Virus record (IMG/VR): IMGVR_UViG_3300012665_000609
Span: 1 to 39,135 of that record
DNA length: 39,135 nucleotides
Origin: a virus
Taxonomy: Duplodnaviria > Caudoviricetes
Direction: 5' to 3' (one strand)
Shown: piece by piece, positions 1 through 7,722 of the stretch
Numbering within the stretch: position 1 is the stretch's first letter
How the letters are laid out: the number at the start of each line of letters is the position of its first letter
The notes under the pieces: generated by a model
Database searches by the model: none
Told to the model about the DNA's origin: nothing
Seen by the model: the letters and a program-made list of their open reading frames with translations, nothing else
Translations under genes and position numbers: made by a program

Positions 1-55
1 CACAGTTACTATTCCAACTGGTAGTGTCTGGGTTGTTCTCTAAGGAAAAATCATG
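1..55. repeat. 55-bp terminal overlap, identical to 39081-39135 (circular assembly)
   Basis: The first 55 and last 55 bases are identical, and the overlap spans the end of the tail-fibre CDS plus the next SD/ATG, so gene order continues across the junction. Confidence 0.95.
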
Positions 56-637
56 CCAATTACATTAAATGGTTCTGGAACAATCACAGGCGTTACAACG
101 CTAGGCACAACGCTTACTAGCCCAACGCTTACCACTCCTATCGTCACAACAACCATTGGTGTAGGTAACGCCACTCCATCTGCATCAGGTTCTGGTGTGT
201 CTTTTCCAGCAACTCAATCAGCATCATCTGACGCAAATACGTTGGATGATTATGAGGAAGGGACTTTTACTCCCACCATTGTTTACAGCGGTACAAACAC
301 ACCAACGTATACAAATCAATTTGGCCGTTATACAAAGGTTGGGCGGATTGTTCAATTGCAAATACTTTTATCTTGGAATGAAAACGGCTCAACTGGCAAT
401 ATAACTGTTGGTAATTTACCTTTTACAAGCGTTACCTCTTTCGCACGTTCAGTTCCTTCAATTGCTTCTTTTGGATTAACTGGATTGCCAGTTAATGTAT
501 CAATTACTGGTCTTGTATTTAGCAACTCAACAGCAATAGCACTTTATCTTAACGACAACGCAGCGACAACATTATCTGCAACTTATACAGACAACGACCA
601 AGATATGTATGTAACAGTTACATACGAAGCAGTTTAA
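53..637 (+). CDS. Tail fibre/receptor-binding module
   Basis: Thr/Ser/Gly-rich, with the LDDYEEGTFTP...YTKVGRIV...ITVGNLPF motif common in phage tail-fibre domains. SD AAGGA upstream. Confidence 0.7.
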   Translation: MPITLNGSGTITGVTTLGTTLTSPTLTTPIVTTTIGVGNATPSASGSGVSFPATQSASSDANTLDDYEEGTFTPTIVYSGTNTPTYTNQFGRYTKVGRIVQLQILLSWNENGSTGNITVGNLPFTSVTSFARSVPSIASFGLTGLPVNVSITGLVFSNSTAIALYLNDNAATTLSATYTDNDQDMYVTVTYEAV

Positions 638-640
638 TTA

Positions 641-660
641 ACCTGATTGGATTATCAGGT
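641..660 (+). promoter_or_regulatory. Intergenic hairpin with GGA in the loop
   Basis: ACCTGAT-tggatt-ATCAGGT, a perfect 7-bp stem between the stop at 637 and the SD at ~676-680. Confidence 0.4.
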
Positions 661-687
661 CGGACACTTAACTTAAAGGAAATCAAA

Positions 688-954
688 ATGTCACTCACCA
701 AAACAACCAACGTAGACCAAATCACCGTCACCGAGAACGGCACAGTTCTCTACCGTGAAGCGACACGCATCATGGAAGACGATGTGGAAATCAGCAAGAC
801 GTACCATCGTACAAGCCTTGCACCTGGTCAAGACTTGACTGGTGTGCCTGACAGTGTTGTGGCTATTTGCAATACGGCATGGACAGACGCTGTGATAGCT
901 GCCTATCAAGCTGAAGTAATTGCTCAACAAGAGCGTATGGGGTCAACATCATGA
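688..954 (+). CDS. Small tail-fibre-associated protein (possible assembly chaperone)
   Basis: 88 aa, good SD, ATGA-coupled to the next gene. The REATRIMED...TYHRTSLAPG...VVAICNTAWT pattern recurs after DDYEEGT-type fibres (from memory). Confidence 0.6.
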   Translation: MSLTKTTNVDQITVTENGTVLYREATRIMEDDVEISKTYHRTSLAPGQDLTGVPDSVVAICNTAWTDAVIAAYQAEVIAQQERMGSTS

Positions 955-2084
955 GCATCAAAATCACAATTCCAAACACCTCGTCAGATGTTCTGACGTT
1001 TGGTTCTGCCAACACGCCTACAGCCGCACAGATTTCAGGTATTGATAGCGGCTCATCCAACGGACAGTTGGCTCTGTACACCACGGCATCTGGTACTAGC
1101 ACTGAAGCTGTGCGAATTACAGCCGCACAAAATGTGGGGATTGGTACGAGTTCGCCAAACAAAACATCTATTAGTCGTGCTCTAACAGTCAACGGCTCAG
1201 CAAATGCTGGACTTGAACTGGCGGCCGCTGATACCTGCTATGGCCTCCTCTTTGCGAATTCCTCACGCTTTTCGCTAGACACAAACAACTCTGGCGCAAA
1301 CATTATTAACTTTTACACCAGTGGAGCAGAACGTATGCGTATCGACTCCTCTGGTAGATTGTTAGTTGGCACTACTGGCGATATTTCTGCTGGTGGTTAT
1401 TTTGGCGTAGGGCAGTTTAGAGGCTCATATCCAGCACTAGTTCTTAGTGGCACTGAAGGTAGCGGAAAACAATGGCAAATTGGTGAGAACGCTGGAGCAT
1501 TAACTTTTTACGAGACAGTTGGCGGTGAACGCGCCCGTATCGACTCCAGCGGTAACTTGCTGGTGGGAAATACAACAGCCTTAGACAACTCTGGCGTTGG
1601 CGTGAAAATCTTTCCAAGTTATTCTGGTTCTGGAGCGCCAGAAGTTGCTTGTGTAAGTTCGACATCAAGCACAAGCTATGGCACTTGGTATATGTATTCG
1701 ACTGCCGATAGTCAATACAAGTTTTATGTCAACTATGCTGGAACTGTATTTGCGCGAAGCACTTCAATTACTGGCTTGTCTGATATTTCAGAAAAAGAAA
1801 ATATTCGACCTTTGGAAACTGGCTTGTCAGAGGTAATGCAATTGCAACCTCGTCGTTTTGATTGGAAAACAGGCGGCGGTTCAAATGTTGCTGGTTTTGT
1901 CGCTCAAGAAGTTGAAGCCGTTTTCCCTGACTTGGTTGAGCAATATAGGTCTAGTGATGAAACTACAAAACTTGGCTTAAAAATGGGCGACATGATTCCA
2001 ACATTGGTCAAAGCCATCCAAGAACAACAAGCCCTCATCACCAAATTACAGGCAGACGTAGCCGCTTTGAAAGCCCAACCATGA
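951..2084 (+). CDS. Tail fibre with C-terminal intramolecular chaperone (Peptidase_S74-type)
   Basis: ER(M/A)RIDSSG(R/N)LLVG repeats. The C-terminus SDISEKENIRPL...LQPRRFDWK...GFVAQEVEAVFPDLV...LVKAIQEQ is the S74 autocleaving chaperone signature. Confidence 0.85.
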   Translation: MSIKITIPNTSSDVLTFGSANTPTAAQISGIDSGSSNGQLALYTTASGTSTEAVRITAAQNVGIGTSSPNKTSISRALTVNGSANAGLELAAADTCYGLLFANSSRFSLDTNNSGANIINFYTSGAERMRIDSSGRLLVGTTGDISAGGYFGVGQFRGSYPALVLSGTEGSGKQWQIGENAGALTFYETVGGERARIDSSGNLLVGNTTALDNSGVGVKIFPSYSGSGAPEVACVSSTSSTSYGTWYMYSTADSQYKFYVNYAGTVFARSTSITGLSDISEKENIRPLETGLSEVMQLQPRRFDWKTGGGSNVAGFVAQEVEAVFPDLVEQYRSSDETTKLGLKMGDMIPTLVKAIQEQQALITKLQADVAALKAQP

Positions 2085-2581
2085 TGCCAACAAATCAAAG
2101 ACTGTGCAAAATGTTTGAATACAAAGATGGAGTTTTGTACAGAAAAATATCTGTGCAAGGCGCTCCAAAGGGCATCAAATCTGGCATCTCCAAAAGCAAC
2201 GGCTATGAGTATTCAAATGTTGACGGCAAAAAAATACTTAACCACAGAATTATTTTTGCCTTACATCATGGTTATGCTCCAGAGTTAGTTGACCACATTG
2301 ATGGAAATAAAAAAAACAATTTGATTGAAAATTTGCGCGAAGCAACAAAGGCAGAAAACAATTTAAACCGAAAAATTCACAAGAATAATAAATGCGGCAA
2401 GAAGAATATTCATTGGATTCAAAAAGTCAAATCTTGGTGTGTAAAGTTGAACGTGAATAAAAAAAGAATTCATGTTGGTCTTTTTAAAGACTTGGAGCTT
2501 GCGGAACTTGTGGCTATTGAGGCCAGAGAAAAATATCACAAGCATTTTGCTAATCATGGATTTAAAGGAGCATCAGCATGA
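2081..2581 (+). CDS. Free-standing HNH homing endonuclease with AP2-like C-terminal domain
   Basis: HRIIF...VDHIDGNKKNNLIENLREAT (HNH_3-like), followed by an AP2-like KNIHW...WCVKL...HVGLFKDLELA segment. AT-rich, with 4-bp overlaps on both sides. Confidence 0.85.
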   Translation: MMPTNQRLCKMFEYKDGVLYRKISVQGAPKGIKSGISKSNGYEYSNVDGKKILNHRIIFALHHGYAPELVDHIDGNKKNNLIENLREATKAENNLNRKIHKNNKCGKKNIHWIQKVKSWCVKLNVNKKRIHVGLFKDLELAELVAIEAREKYHKHFANHGFKGASA

Positions 2582-3690
2582 GCGTAACCATTAACGGCAC
2601 AAGCGGTGTCACATTCAACGATGCCTCATCGCAAAATACAGCAGCAACAGGATTCGGGTTCAAGAATAGAATCATCAACGGCCAGATGGTTATTGACCAG
2701 AGGAATGCGGGGGCGAGTGTTACTCCTGCAAATTTCGCATACGCACTTGACAGATGGCAAGCTTTTCAAAGCGTTGCTTCAAAATATTCTATTCAGCAAA
2801 ATGCGGGTTCTGTAACTCCACCAATAGGATTTACTAACTATTTAGGAGTTACTTCTTTATCTGCTTATTCTGTTGCGGCAGGAGACTATTTTGCTTTATG
2901 TCAATCTGTTGAAGGTTTTAACATAGCAGATTTAGGTTGGGGAACAGCTAATGCAAAAACTGTAACTCTATCATTCCAAATATATAGTTCATTAACTGGG
3001 ACATTTGGTGGCTCTTTAAGAAATAACGCTGGAAACAGAAGCTATCCATTTAGTTATTCAATTCCAGTAGCAAATACATGGACTAATATTAGCGTAACTA
3101 TTGCTGGTGATACAACAGGAACTTGGCTTACCAACAATAGCATTGGTGTATCTGTATTTTTTGGTCTTGGTGTTGGCTCTACCTATAGCGGAACCGCTGG
3201 TTCGTGGGCAGGTGCAAATTATTTCACAGCCACAGGCGCAACCAGCGTAGTCGGCACAAACGGCGCCACCTTCTACATCACAGGTGTCCAGCTTGAGAAA
3301 GGCTCAACAGCAACGGCGTTTGACTACAGGCCTTATTCCACCGAGCTTCAGCTTGCACAGCGTTATTTTGAAACATCTTATGAGGCAGGAACCGCAGTTG
3401 GATCTACATCAAATCCATCAAGAAGCATGACTTGGTTTGCCCAGTCTACGCAGAATTACAACAATCTACGAACAAGTTTTAGTGTTTATAAAAGATCACT
3501 GCCTACCATTGTTCTGTTAAATCCCGCTACTGGAACAGTTAGCGAGGTAAGAAATCTTGACGCAAGCACTAATTTAGCAGGTGCTATATCTGGCACAAGC
3601 GTTACTGGATTCCTTGGTTATGTAAACAATGTCAGCGTTAGTGTCGGAGTATTTCTTGGATATCACTACACAGCAAGTTCGGAGTTGTAA
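2578..3690 (+). CDS. Tail fibre/receptor-binding protein with carbohydrate-binding-like domain
   Basis: FKNRIINGQM.IDQRNAG, YALDRW, ITGVQLEKGSTATAFDYRPY..ELQLAQRYFE motifs typical of phage tail adhesin modules. Confidence 0.75.
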   Translation: MSVTINGTSGVTFNDASSQNTAATGFGFKNRIINGQMVIDQRNAGASVTPANFAYALDRWQAFQSVASKYSIQQNAGSVTPPIGFTNYLGVTSLSAYSVAAGDYFALCQSVEGFNIADLGWGTANAKTVTLSFQIYSSLTGTFGGSLRNNAGNRSYPFSYSIPVANTWTNISVTIAGDTTGTWLTNNSIGVSVFFGLGVGSTYSGTAGSWAGANYFTATGATSVVGTNGATFYITGVQLEKGSTATAFDYRPYSTELQLAQRYFETSYEAGTAVGSTSNPSRSMTWFAQSTQNYNNLRTSFSVYKRSLPTIVLLNPATGTVSEVRNLDASTNLAGAISGTSVTGFLGYVNNVSVSVGVFLGYHYTASSEL

Positions 3691-3692
3691 TA

Positions 3693-3857
3693 ATGACAAA
3701 CTACAAACAAATTTCTATTAAAGGCGTTGTAAGTCAGAACGCAATCGTGCGCCTATCTGACGGCGCATACATCCCATTTGACCCTTCCAACACCGACTAT
3801 CAAGCCTATCTTGCTTGGGTGGCTGAAGGCAACACACCAGAGCCAGCAGATGAGTGA
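3693..3857 (+). CDS. Small tail-fibre-associated protein, 54 aa (not in the ORF track)
   Basis: Translated by hand: MTNYKQISIKGVVSQNAIVRLSDGAYIPFDPSNTDYQAYLAWVAEGNTPEPADE. SD GGAG. The IPFDPxNxDYQxYLxW...GNTPEPA motif commonly follows such fibres. Confidence 0.75.
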   Translation: MTNYKQISIKGVVSQNAIVRLSDGAYIPFDPSNTDYQAYLAWVAEGNTPEPADE

Positions 3858-4059
3858 CAAGCTTATAACAGAAACAGAGGCACGACTAAATAGTCACGAG
3901 CAAGTATGTGCTGAACGCTATGCATCCATTTCTAAAAGCTTAGAAGGTTGGAATGTACGTATCACTAAGATTGAATACTTGTTGTATGGTGTGATGCTCT
4001 TAGTACTTCTTGGCCCCGGACAAGCAGCAGAGTTCATTAAACATTTTATTGGAGCATAA
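3850..4059 (+). CDS. Small coiled-coil + single-TM protein (XhlA/holin-like), lysis region
   Basis: Start re-assigned to ATG 3850 (MSDKLITETEARLNSHEQVCAERY...). C-terminal hydrophobic helix YLLYGVMLLVLLG. Confidence 0.6.
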   Translation: MSDKLITETEARLNSHEQVCAERYASISKSLEGWNVRITKIEYLLYGVMLLVLLGPGQAAEFIKHFIGA

Positions 4060-4062
4060 CAT

Positions 4063-4743
4063 ATTCCACTCAGCATTCTCCTCGCTGCTAATGCTTGTGT
4101 TGCTGCCATCAAGGAAGGCTGTGAGCTATACAAAACAGTTAAAGAATCCTTTGTAGAAGCTAAGGAAACCTATGACGAGGCATCAGCCCTTGTCAAAGAA
4201 GCTGGAGGCTTCCTAGCCCCTCTGTTAGCTTTCTTCAAAGGCAAACCAAAGCCAAAGCCTGTTGCACAAACCAAGCCTAAGAAAAAGACAAAGAGGCATG
4301 TAGAAGAAACACAGGTGATGGCAGATGTTGTGAAACATCTAACAGAGTTCTTTAGACTTCAAGAAGAGCTGGCAGAGAAGATTAGAAGAGAAGAAGCCCA
4401 GAGTAAGAATGTGTATGACCCAAAGCAGAATGTCATGGAAGCTGCTTTAAACAGGGTGATGGCTTTAGATCAGATGGCTGCTCTGGAGGTGACGATACGA
4501 GAGACAATGGTATATCAAGCTCCTCCTGAGATGGGAGCTTTGTATTCCAAAGTGTTTGAGATGCGAGATGTAATTCGTATAGAACAAGAGGAGGCTAGGC
4601 TGTCCCAAGAAGCTAAGGAGAGGTATGCAAAATGGCAACAAAGGCAAGCGGAGCAAGAAACAGAAATGCTAATAGCAATAGCAGTGGCAGTAGCAATAGT
4701 AGCTGGATACCTCCACCTATGGCTCCTGTACCTGAGCAAGTAG
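4063..4743 (+). CDS. Lysis-region coiled-coil membrane protein with probable non-canonical ATT start
   Basis: The frame is open from 4060 with no ATG/GTG/TTG until 4315. GGAG at 4051-4054 lies 8 nt before ATT at 4063. Protein-like N-terminus and a C-terminal TM helix. Confidence 0.6.
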   Translation: MPLSILLAANACVAAIKEGCELYKTVKESFVEAKETYDEASALVKEAGGFLAPLLAFFKGKPKPKPVAQTKPKKKTKRHVEETQVMADVVKHLTEFFRLQEELAEKIRREEAQSKNVYDPKQNVMEAALNRVMALDQMAALEVTIRETMVYQAPPEMGALYSKVFEMRDVIRIEQEEARLSQEAKERYAKWQQRQAEQETEMLIAIAVAVAIVAGYLHLWLLYLSK

Positions 4744-4931
4744 AAAGAGACTTAGGGTTTAAATATTTAGGGTGGCTTGCAGCCTGTGTGTTAGTAACAA
4801 TCTTATTACCACTAACAGGCCTCTTATATTCTAAACTATATGAAACTCAAATTGAAATAAAACAAACTATAAATGAGATGAATAGACTTAAACAAGAACT
4901 GCAAAGGAAAGAAGATGTCAAAAACCCTTGA
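4632..4931 (+). CDS. Single-TM protein with C-terminal coiled coil (lysis accessory)
   Basis: TM LGWLAACVLVTILLPLTGLLY followed by a heptad-like stretch. GAGG SD before ATG 4632. Overlaps the upstream gene. Confidence 0.55.
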   Translation: MATKASGARNRNANSNSSGSSNSSWIPPPMAPVPEQVERDLGFKYLGWLAACVLVTILLPLTGLLYSKLYETQIEIKQTINEMNRLKQELQRKEDVKNP

Positions 4932-5238
4932 GAAAGATTCAACATACAACCAATTTGATGGTGATGGTGATGGTGTCATTACTGACGAGGAGCTTGCTCG
5001 TTCAGAACGAATGATGATGATTGAGAACATGGACAAGCTTGCTGACCAACAACGTGTCATGGCATGGGCTGCTCTATTTCTTCCCTTTATTATCATCATC
5101 TTCTTGTGCTCTGACATTGTAGCAGCAGACAAAGCCAACCTTGTCATGGGTCTTGCAACAACCTTCTCTGCTGCAATGGGAACCATTGTTGTAGCATTCA
5201 TGGCTGCCACTGCTTACATTCGTGGGAAGATGGAATGA
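4915..5238 (+). CDS. Putative holin: 2 TM helices plus N-terminal EF-hand-like loop
   Basis: DGDGDGVITDEE loop, two hydrophobic helices and a basic C-terminus. Lies immediately upstream of the spanins and endolysin. Confidence 0.55.
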   Translation: MSKTLEKDSTYNQFDGDGDGVITDEELARSERMMMIENMDKLADQQRVMAWAALFLPFIIIIFLCSDIVAADKANLVMGLATTFSAAMGTIVVAFMAATAYIRGKME

Positions 5239-5702
5239 AGCTTGTTATAGGAGCCCTTGTTGCCTTTGTATTATTCATAGGTGGATATTGGAAGGGAACA
5301 TACGACAAGGGCATAGCTGTTGCTATAGAGGTAGCAGAAGCTAATGACAAGGCAAGACAGACAGAATCACAAATGGCTGCTGTAGCAACAACTTATGCAA
5401 CAGTCTTAAAGAAGAATGAAACAAATGCTCAAAAGAAAATTAATGATTTACGTGTTGCTGTTGCCTCTGGTGAGCGTAGGTTGTTCATTCCTACCCAAGC
5501 CCCCAACTGTAGTGTACAAGCCTCCTCAGATGCCCCCACTACCAGTGGAGCTACAGGAGAAGCACGAGCCGAGCTTGACAGAAAGGTTGCTGATTCTCTT
5601 ATCGCCATAGCAGCAGAGGGAGACACAGCAATTCGTAAGCTAAACATTTGTATTGACCAATATAACTCAGTGAAGGAAACAATTAATGCAACTCTCCGCT
5701 AA
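5235..5702 (+). CDS. Rz-like inner-membrane spanin
   Basis: N-terminal TM, periplasmic coiled coil, DLRVAVASGERRLFI and RAELD...IAAEGD.AIRKLNICIDQY motifs. Contains a nested lipoprotein gene. Confidence 0.85.
   Translation: MKLVIGALVAFVLFIGGYWKGTYDKGIAVAIEVAEANDKARQTESQMAAVATTYATVLKKNETNAQKKINDLRVAVASGERRLFIPTQAPNCSVQASSDAPTTSGATGEARAELDRKVADSLIAIAAEGDTAIRKLNICIDQYNSVKETINATLR
5416..5610 (+). CDS. Rz1-like outer-membrane spanin lipoprotein, embedded in the +1 frame
   Basis: Basic N-terminus, hydrophobic h-region, lipobox-like VSVG|C, Pro-rich mature part (PKPPTVVYKPPQMPPLP). Fully inside the Rz-like gene, as in lambda. Confidence 0.8.
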   Translation: MKQMLKRKLMIYVLLLPLVSVGCSFLPKPPTVVYKPPQMPPLPVELQEKHEPSLTERLLILLSP

Positions 5703-6150
5703 CTTTTCTCTGCATGAAATGTCAAAGAGTGAGACAGCCTTACGTATGGGCTTTGATAACACTCCTACAAAGGAAGCAGAAGCTCACCTAAAGCTCCTAT
5801 GTGATAACATCCTACAGCCTGTGCGTGACCATTATGGCAAGGGTGTTAAGATTAATAGTGCCTATCGCAGTCCTGAAAGTAATGCAGCAGTGGGAGGTTC
5901 AAAGACCTCAGACCATTGCCGTGGGATGGCAGCCGATATTGAGATTCCCGGAGTGGCTAATGCTGAGCTGGCTGAGTATATTAAAAACAATTATAAGTTT
6001 ACACAGCTCATCCTTGAATTCTACACACCGGGCATCCCTGATAGTGGTTGGGTTCATGTATCTTATGATCCTGATAATTTAAAGAAGCAATGCCTAACTG
6101 CTACTAAGCAGAATGGTAAGACAGTTTATTTGCCCGGCTTGGTTGCTTAA
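5686..6150 (+). CDS. Endolysin, peptidase M15A family Zn peptidase
   Basis: SAYRS...NAAVGG...SDHCRGMAADI...WVHVSY (His/Asp/His ligands of Peptidase_M15_3). Confidence 0.9.
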   Translation: MQLSANFSLHEMSKSETALRMGFDNTPTKEAEAHLKLLCDNILQPVRDHYGKGVKINSAYRSPESNAAVGGSKTSDHCRGMAADIEIPGVANAELAEYIKNNYKFTQLILEFYTPGIPDSGWVHVSYDPDNLKKQCLTATKQNGKTVYLPGLVA

Positions 6151-6321
6151 ATGAAATCTAAAGTTAATTCAGCAGGGGTATATACAAAGCCCACAATGCG
6201 GAAAGCTTTGTTTGAGAAAATTAAGGCAGGAAGCAAAGGGGGCGATAGTGGTGAATGGAGTGCTCGTAAGGCACAACTCTTAGCCAAGGAATACAAAGCT
6301 AAGGGAGGTGGCTATAAATGA
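6151..6321 (+). CDS. Small basic protein, 56 aa, N-terminal half of a DUF5872-like protein (not in the ORF track)
   Basis: MKSKVNSAGVYTKPTMRKALFEKIKAGSKGGDSGEWSARKAQLLAKEYKAKGGGYK. ATGA overlap with the next gene. Confidence 0.7.
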   Translation: MKSKVNSAGVYTKPTMRKALFEKIKAGSKGGDSGEWSARKAQLLAKEYKAKGGGYK

Positions 6322-6548
6322 AGAAGCAACAACAAAGCCTCAAGGACTGGACAGCACAGAAGTGGACAACCAGTGATGGCTCTCCCTCCAAGGGAAAGAA
6401 ACGTTACCTACCAGAGGCTGCATGGAAGGCCTTAAGTCCTGCTGAGAAGGCTGCTACAAACAAAGCTAAGGCTACTGGTAACGCTAAAGGTAAACAATTT
6501 GTAGCTCAACCCAAGAAGATTGCTGATAAAGCATCTAAATATAGATAA
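6318..6548 (+). CDS. Small basic protein, C-terminal half of a DUF5872-like protein
   Basis: QQSLKDWTAQKW...RYLPEAAWKALSPAEKAATNKAK...GKQFVAQP. Strong SD GGAGG. Confidence 0.7.
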   Translation: MKKQQQSLKDWTAQKWTTSDGSPSKGKKRYLPEAAWKALSPAEKAATNKAKATGNAKGKQFVAQPKKIADKASKYR

Positions 6549-6556
6549 GGAATAAC

Positions 6557-6748
6557 ATGAAACAGACAAAGAAACAAACAGCCAAGATTGGCAAGGTTAT
6601 GAGTGAGTACAAAGCAGGTTCTTTACACAGTGGCAAAGGTGGCAAGGTTGTCACTTCTCCCAAGCAAGCTGTAGCCATTGCCATGAGTCAAGCAAAGATG
6701 CCCATGAGAGGCCAGAGAACAGCCAAGAACAAGGCTAAAAAGGTATGA
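6557..6748 (+). CDS. Small Lys-rich protein (DUF6496-like)
   Basis: KIGKVMSEYKAGSLHSGKGGKVVTSPKQAVAIAMSQA motif. SD AAGGA. Confidence 0.65.
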   Translation: MKQTKKQTAKIGKVMSEYKAGSLHSGKGGKVVTSPKQAVAIAMSQAKMPMRGQRTAKNKAKKV

Positions 6749-7023
6749 AGGATAGCAGACTAGCCAAGGTGGGTGTTAGCGGCTATAATAAGCCTAAAGC
6801 CACCCCTAGTCATCCCACCAAAAGCCACGTTGTTGTGGCTAAGGAGGGGGATAAAGTTAAAACAATACGCTTTGGACAACAAGGCGTGTCAGGAAGCCCT
6901 AAGAAAGCAGGGGAATCTGAAGCTTATAAGAACAGACGAGAGAGCTTTAAAGCCCGTCATTCTGATAACATAGCTAAAGGTAAGATGTCTGCTGCTTATT
7001 GGGCTGATAAAGTTAAATGGTAG
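6745..7023 (+). CDS. Small basic conserved phage protein
   Basis: GYNKPK.TPSHPTKSHVVVAK.G..VKTIRFGQQG...RRESFKARH...SAAYWADKVKW. ATGA-coupled. Confidence 0.7.
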   Translation: MKDSRLAKVGVSGYNKPKATPSHPTKSHVVVAKEGDKVKTIRFGQQGVSGSPKKAGESEAYKNRRESFKARHSDNIAKGKMSAAYWADKVKW

Positions 7024-7024
7024 C

Positions 7025-7053
7025 TTGACAAATATAACAAACCATGTTATAAT
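7025..7053 (+). promoter_or_regulatory. Consensus sigma70 promoter for the tail/ejection operon
   Basis: TTGACA (7025-7030) - 17 nt - TATAAT (7048-7053), with extended TGn. Confidence 0.85.
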
Positions 7054-7074
7054 AGAAACATATAAGGATATAGT

Positions 7075-7722
7075 ATGACATATTTAGAAGCTGTCAATAG
7101 TGTACTACGAAGACTCAGGGAGCGAGAGGTATCCTCTGTGTCTGAGAGTTCCTATAGTAAGCTTATTGGTGACTTTGTTAATGATGCTAAGAACGAAGTG
7201 GAGACAGCTTGGAACTGGTCTGCTCTTAGAACTACATTAACACTATCAACCACAGCTAACATCTTTAACTATGAGCTTAACGGTAGTCAGAACAACTTCA
7301 CATTGCTTGATGTTATTAACGACACCTCCAATCAATTCATGAGCTATCGTGATGGTGTTTGGTTTGATAATGCTTATTTGAACCAAGGGCCACAAACAGG
7401 CTCTCCAGAATATTATAACTTCAATGGTGTTGCCAATGATGGTGATACACAGGTTGACATCTATCCAGTTCCTGATGGTGCATATACCATTCGCTTCAAT
7501 GTCATCTTACGTAATCAAGACCTGACAGGTGATGGTAATGATATTATTGTTCCTGCACGTCCTGTTGTGCTTCTAGCCCTTGCTAAGGCCATTGAAGAAC
7601 GTGGTGAAGATGGTGGAGCCTCAAGCATGAATGCCTATGCTGCTGGTCGTTCTAGCTTGGCTGATGAGATTGCCCTTGATGCTGCTCGTCGTCCTGAAGA
7701 CACTCTCTGGTACACCGTATGA
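7075..7722 (+). CDS. Head-tail adaptor / tail tubular protein A-like
   Basis: MTYLEAVNSVLRRLRE...WNWSALR N-terminus typical of podovirus adaptors. Size and position before the nozzle gene. Confidence 0.7.
   Translation: MTYLEAVNSVLRRLREREVSSVSESSYSKLIGDFVNDAKNEVETAWNWSALRTTLTLSTTANIFNYELNGSQNNFTLLDVINDTSNQFMSYRDGVWFDNAYLNQGPQTGSPEYYNFNGVANDGDTQVDIYPVPDGAYTIRFNVILRNQDLTGDGNDIIVPARPVVLLALAKAIEERGEDGGASSMNAYAAGRSSLADEIALDAARRPEDTLWYTV

Noticed and set aside
951-3690. Diversity-generating retroelement acting on the tail fibres
   Set aside because: No reverse transcriptase and no TR/VR pair. The short nucleotide repeats (CGTATCGACTCC) just encode the RIDSSG protein repeat.
3778-3849. N-terminal extensions given by the ORF track (also at 11119, 20378, 21053, 22562, 30749, 31829)
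   Set aside because: They overlap better-supported upstream genes or promoters. The downstream ATGs have SDs or stop-start coupling.
4057-4059. Genome-wide stop-codon reassignment
   Set aside because: All core genes are intact in the standard code and use TAA, TAG and TGA as stops. Only this one in-frame TAA is ambiguous.
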